Of a stretch of DNA of 64,000 nt, positions 62,780 to 64,000 are shown piece after piece (position 1 is the first letter of the stretch; the number at the start of each line of letters is the position of its first letter). The notes below the pieces were generated by a model. It had not been told where the DNA came from. It saw only the letters and a program-made list of their open reading frames with translations, and did no database searches. Source of the DNA: Ruditapes philippinarum (Eukaryota); assembly GCF_026571515.1 (NCBI RefSeq), contig NW_026861258.1, positions 62,001 through 126,000 of the forward strand, read 5' to 3'. Position numbers and translations under genes: made by a program.

Positions 62780-63165
62780 TTAGGAAATAGATATCAATTC
62801 TGAGTGCATTGCACGCTTTGAGTTCAAATGCGTAGTAATATAATCACGAAGGCCGATAGGCCTGAGTGATTAATTACAAAGCATTTACAAGAACGAAAAA
62901 CGTGCATTATTTATACAATAATTCACGAAGAATTAATATCTATTTCCATTCTAACACGTCAAGAAAAACTATAATTATTATTATAAAGTTGGACTTTATG
63001 TTTGGTGGTTAAATTTGTTTTCGCCCCAGAGTTTCCAATAGAAACGTTCTTTAAAGGCCGTTCCAGTGGGTTGAAAAAAACTGTCGTTAAATCTACCGTG
63101 TGTAGAAACATTTTGAGAATAACGAATTTTGAAAACGTTGATAAAACTTTGTTTGTTTATTTTAT
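62780..63165. mobile_element. Truncated copy of the 48172 hairpin element
   Basis: Near-identical to 48172-48567. Confidence 0.85.
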
Positions 63166-63212
63166 CACGGGGGGGGAATCACGTGACTTTGTATAGTAAT
63201 ACCCACGAGAAA

Positions 63213-63232
63213 ATGGCGACTGCTGAGTCCCG
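63213..63232 (+). CDS. Probable first coding micro-exon (MATAESR...) of a gene continuing beyond the window
   Basis: TCACGTGA E-box at ~63179, AAAATGGCG start context and a perfect CG|GTAAGT donor. Confidence 0.5.
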
Positions 63233-64000
63233 GTAAGTACCTTATTATGTTAAATTAAGGTGACAAACGTTTCTTAAATCAAAACAATACCTAGCGTATC
63301 ATATGCGCGTTAATTTTCTTCAAATGACAATACAAAGTGCATTATCCTACGTTTTGTGGTTTTTGAGAACATTGTTTGAATTGGTTGAAAATTGCACATT
63401 CAGCGATAGTAATTCGCACGAAGCGATATAATTTGGTGCTTAAATTAAGGAAAATAAGCTTACTTTCTGCACTGAAGACACAAAATCAATCTTTTCATTA
63501 ACATCTGTTATCGTAGAAGCCCATATAAAATATATTTCGAAGGTATGTAGCCTACAAATGTTCTTTGCAAGTGTATAGTAAGTAAAACGAACAATTTCTG
63601 GATAGTAAGTCGCACGAAAACAAAATAGTAAGTTTCACAGTAAGTTTCCATTAGCATACATATACATAAAAAGAAAGTTAAAGTTCATATGTAAAGAGAT
63701 AGAAAATACTTATTTCAATTATTCAAGATCAAATATTTCACTTTTTGTCTATAGAACGAATGCTTAATTGGTTGTAATCATAATATATCAAATGAACTTT
63801 TGATGGGATTTGATATTACATGGCTCATTCCTATTCTGTTGCGATAGTAGTTCTTTGACCTCTGCAGTTTCAGGTGTGTCTTGGCCCTCATTTTACTGTA
63901 ATTAGAAAGAAGATGAACAAATATAATTGTTTGTTAATTGGTATGGTGATGTTTATTTACTGAATGCTGATGTTTTTATATGGCGGTATTTGTTACATTT

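Overview
AT-rich eukaryotic (metazoan) DNA with spliceosomal GT-AG introns and one assembly gap (25199-25352). The repeat landscape (V-SINE-like SINE, HINE/pearl-type elements with satellite cores, RTE-X and CR1 LINEs, many MITEs) looks like a bivalve mollusc, probably a clam; this is inference. Genes reconstructed by hand: (1) two paralogous small type-I membrane proteins of unknown family on the minus strand (2055-4121, 9405-10187); (2) an SLC46/PCFT-family MFS transporter (16143-19924, minus) with a 1-nt homopolymer frameshift; (3) a complete 11-exon eIF4A3 (26416-43653, plus, 399 aa); (4) an intronless 99-aa helical protein behind a CRE-rich promoter (46544-46843); (5) an intronless 445-aa protein combining a ComEA-type helix-hairpin-helix domain, a long basic/RS-rich tail and a CaaX box (53528-54865); (6) a probable first micro-exon of a gene leaving the window (63213). 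The most unusual area is 50.5-57.1 kb. The HhH-RS-CaaX gene lies between perfect 80-bp inverted repeats, next to a tandemly duplicated unit whose imperfect hairpin occurs in both 'flip' and 'flop' orientations. Several different long-hairpin element families share a TAGAGGATATT-like end. All calls were made by eye; no database searches were run.
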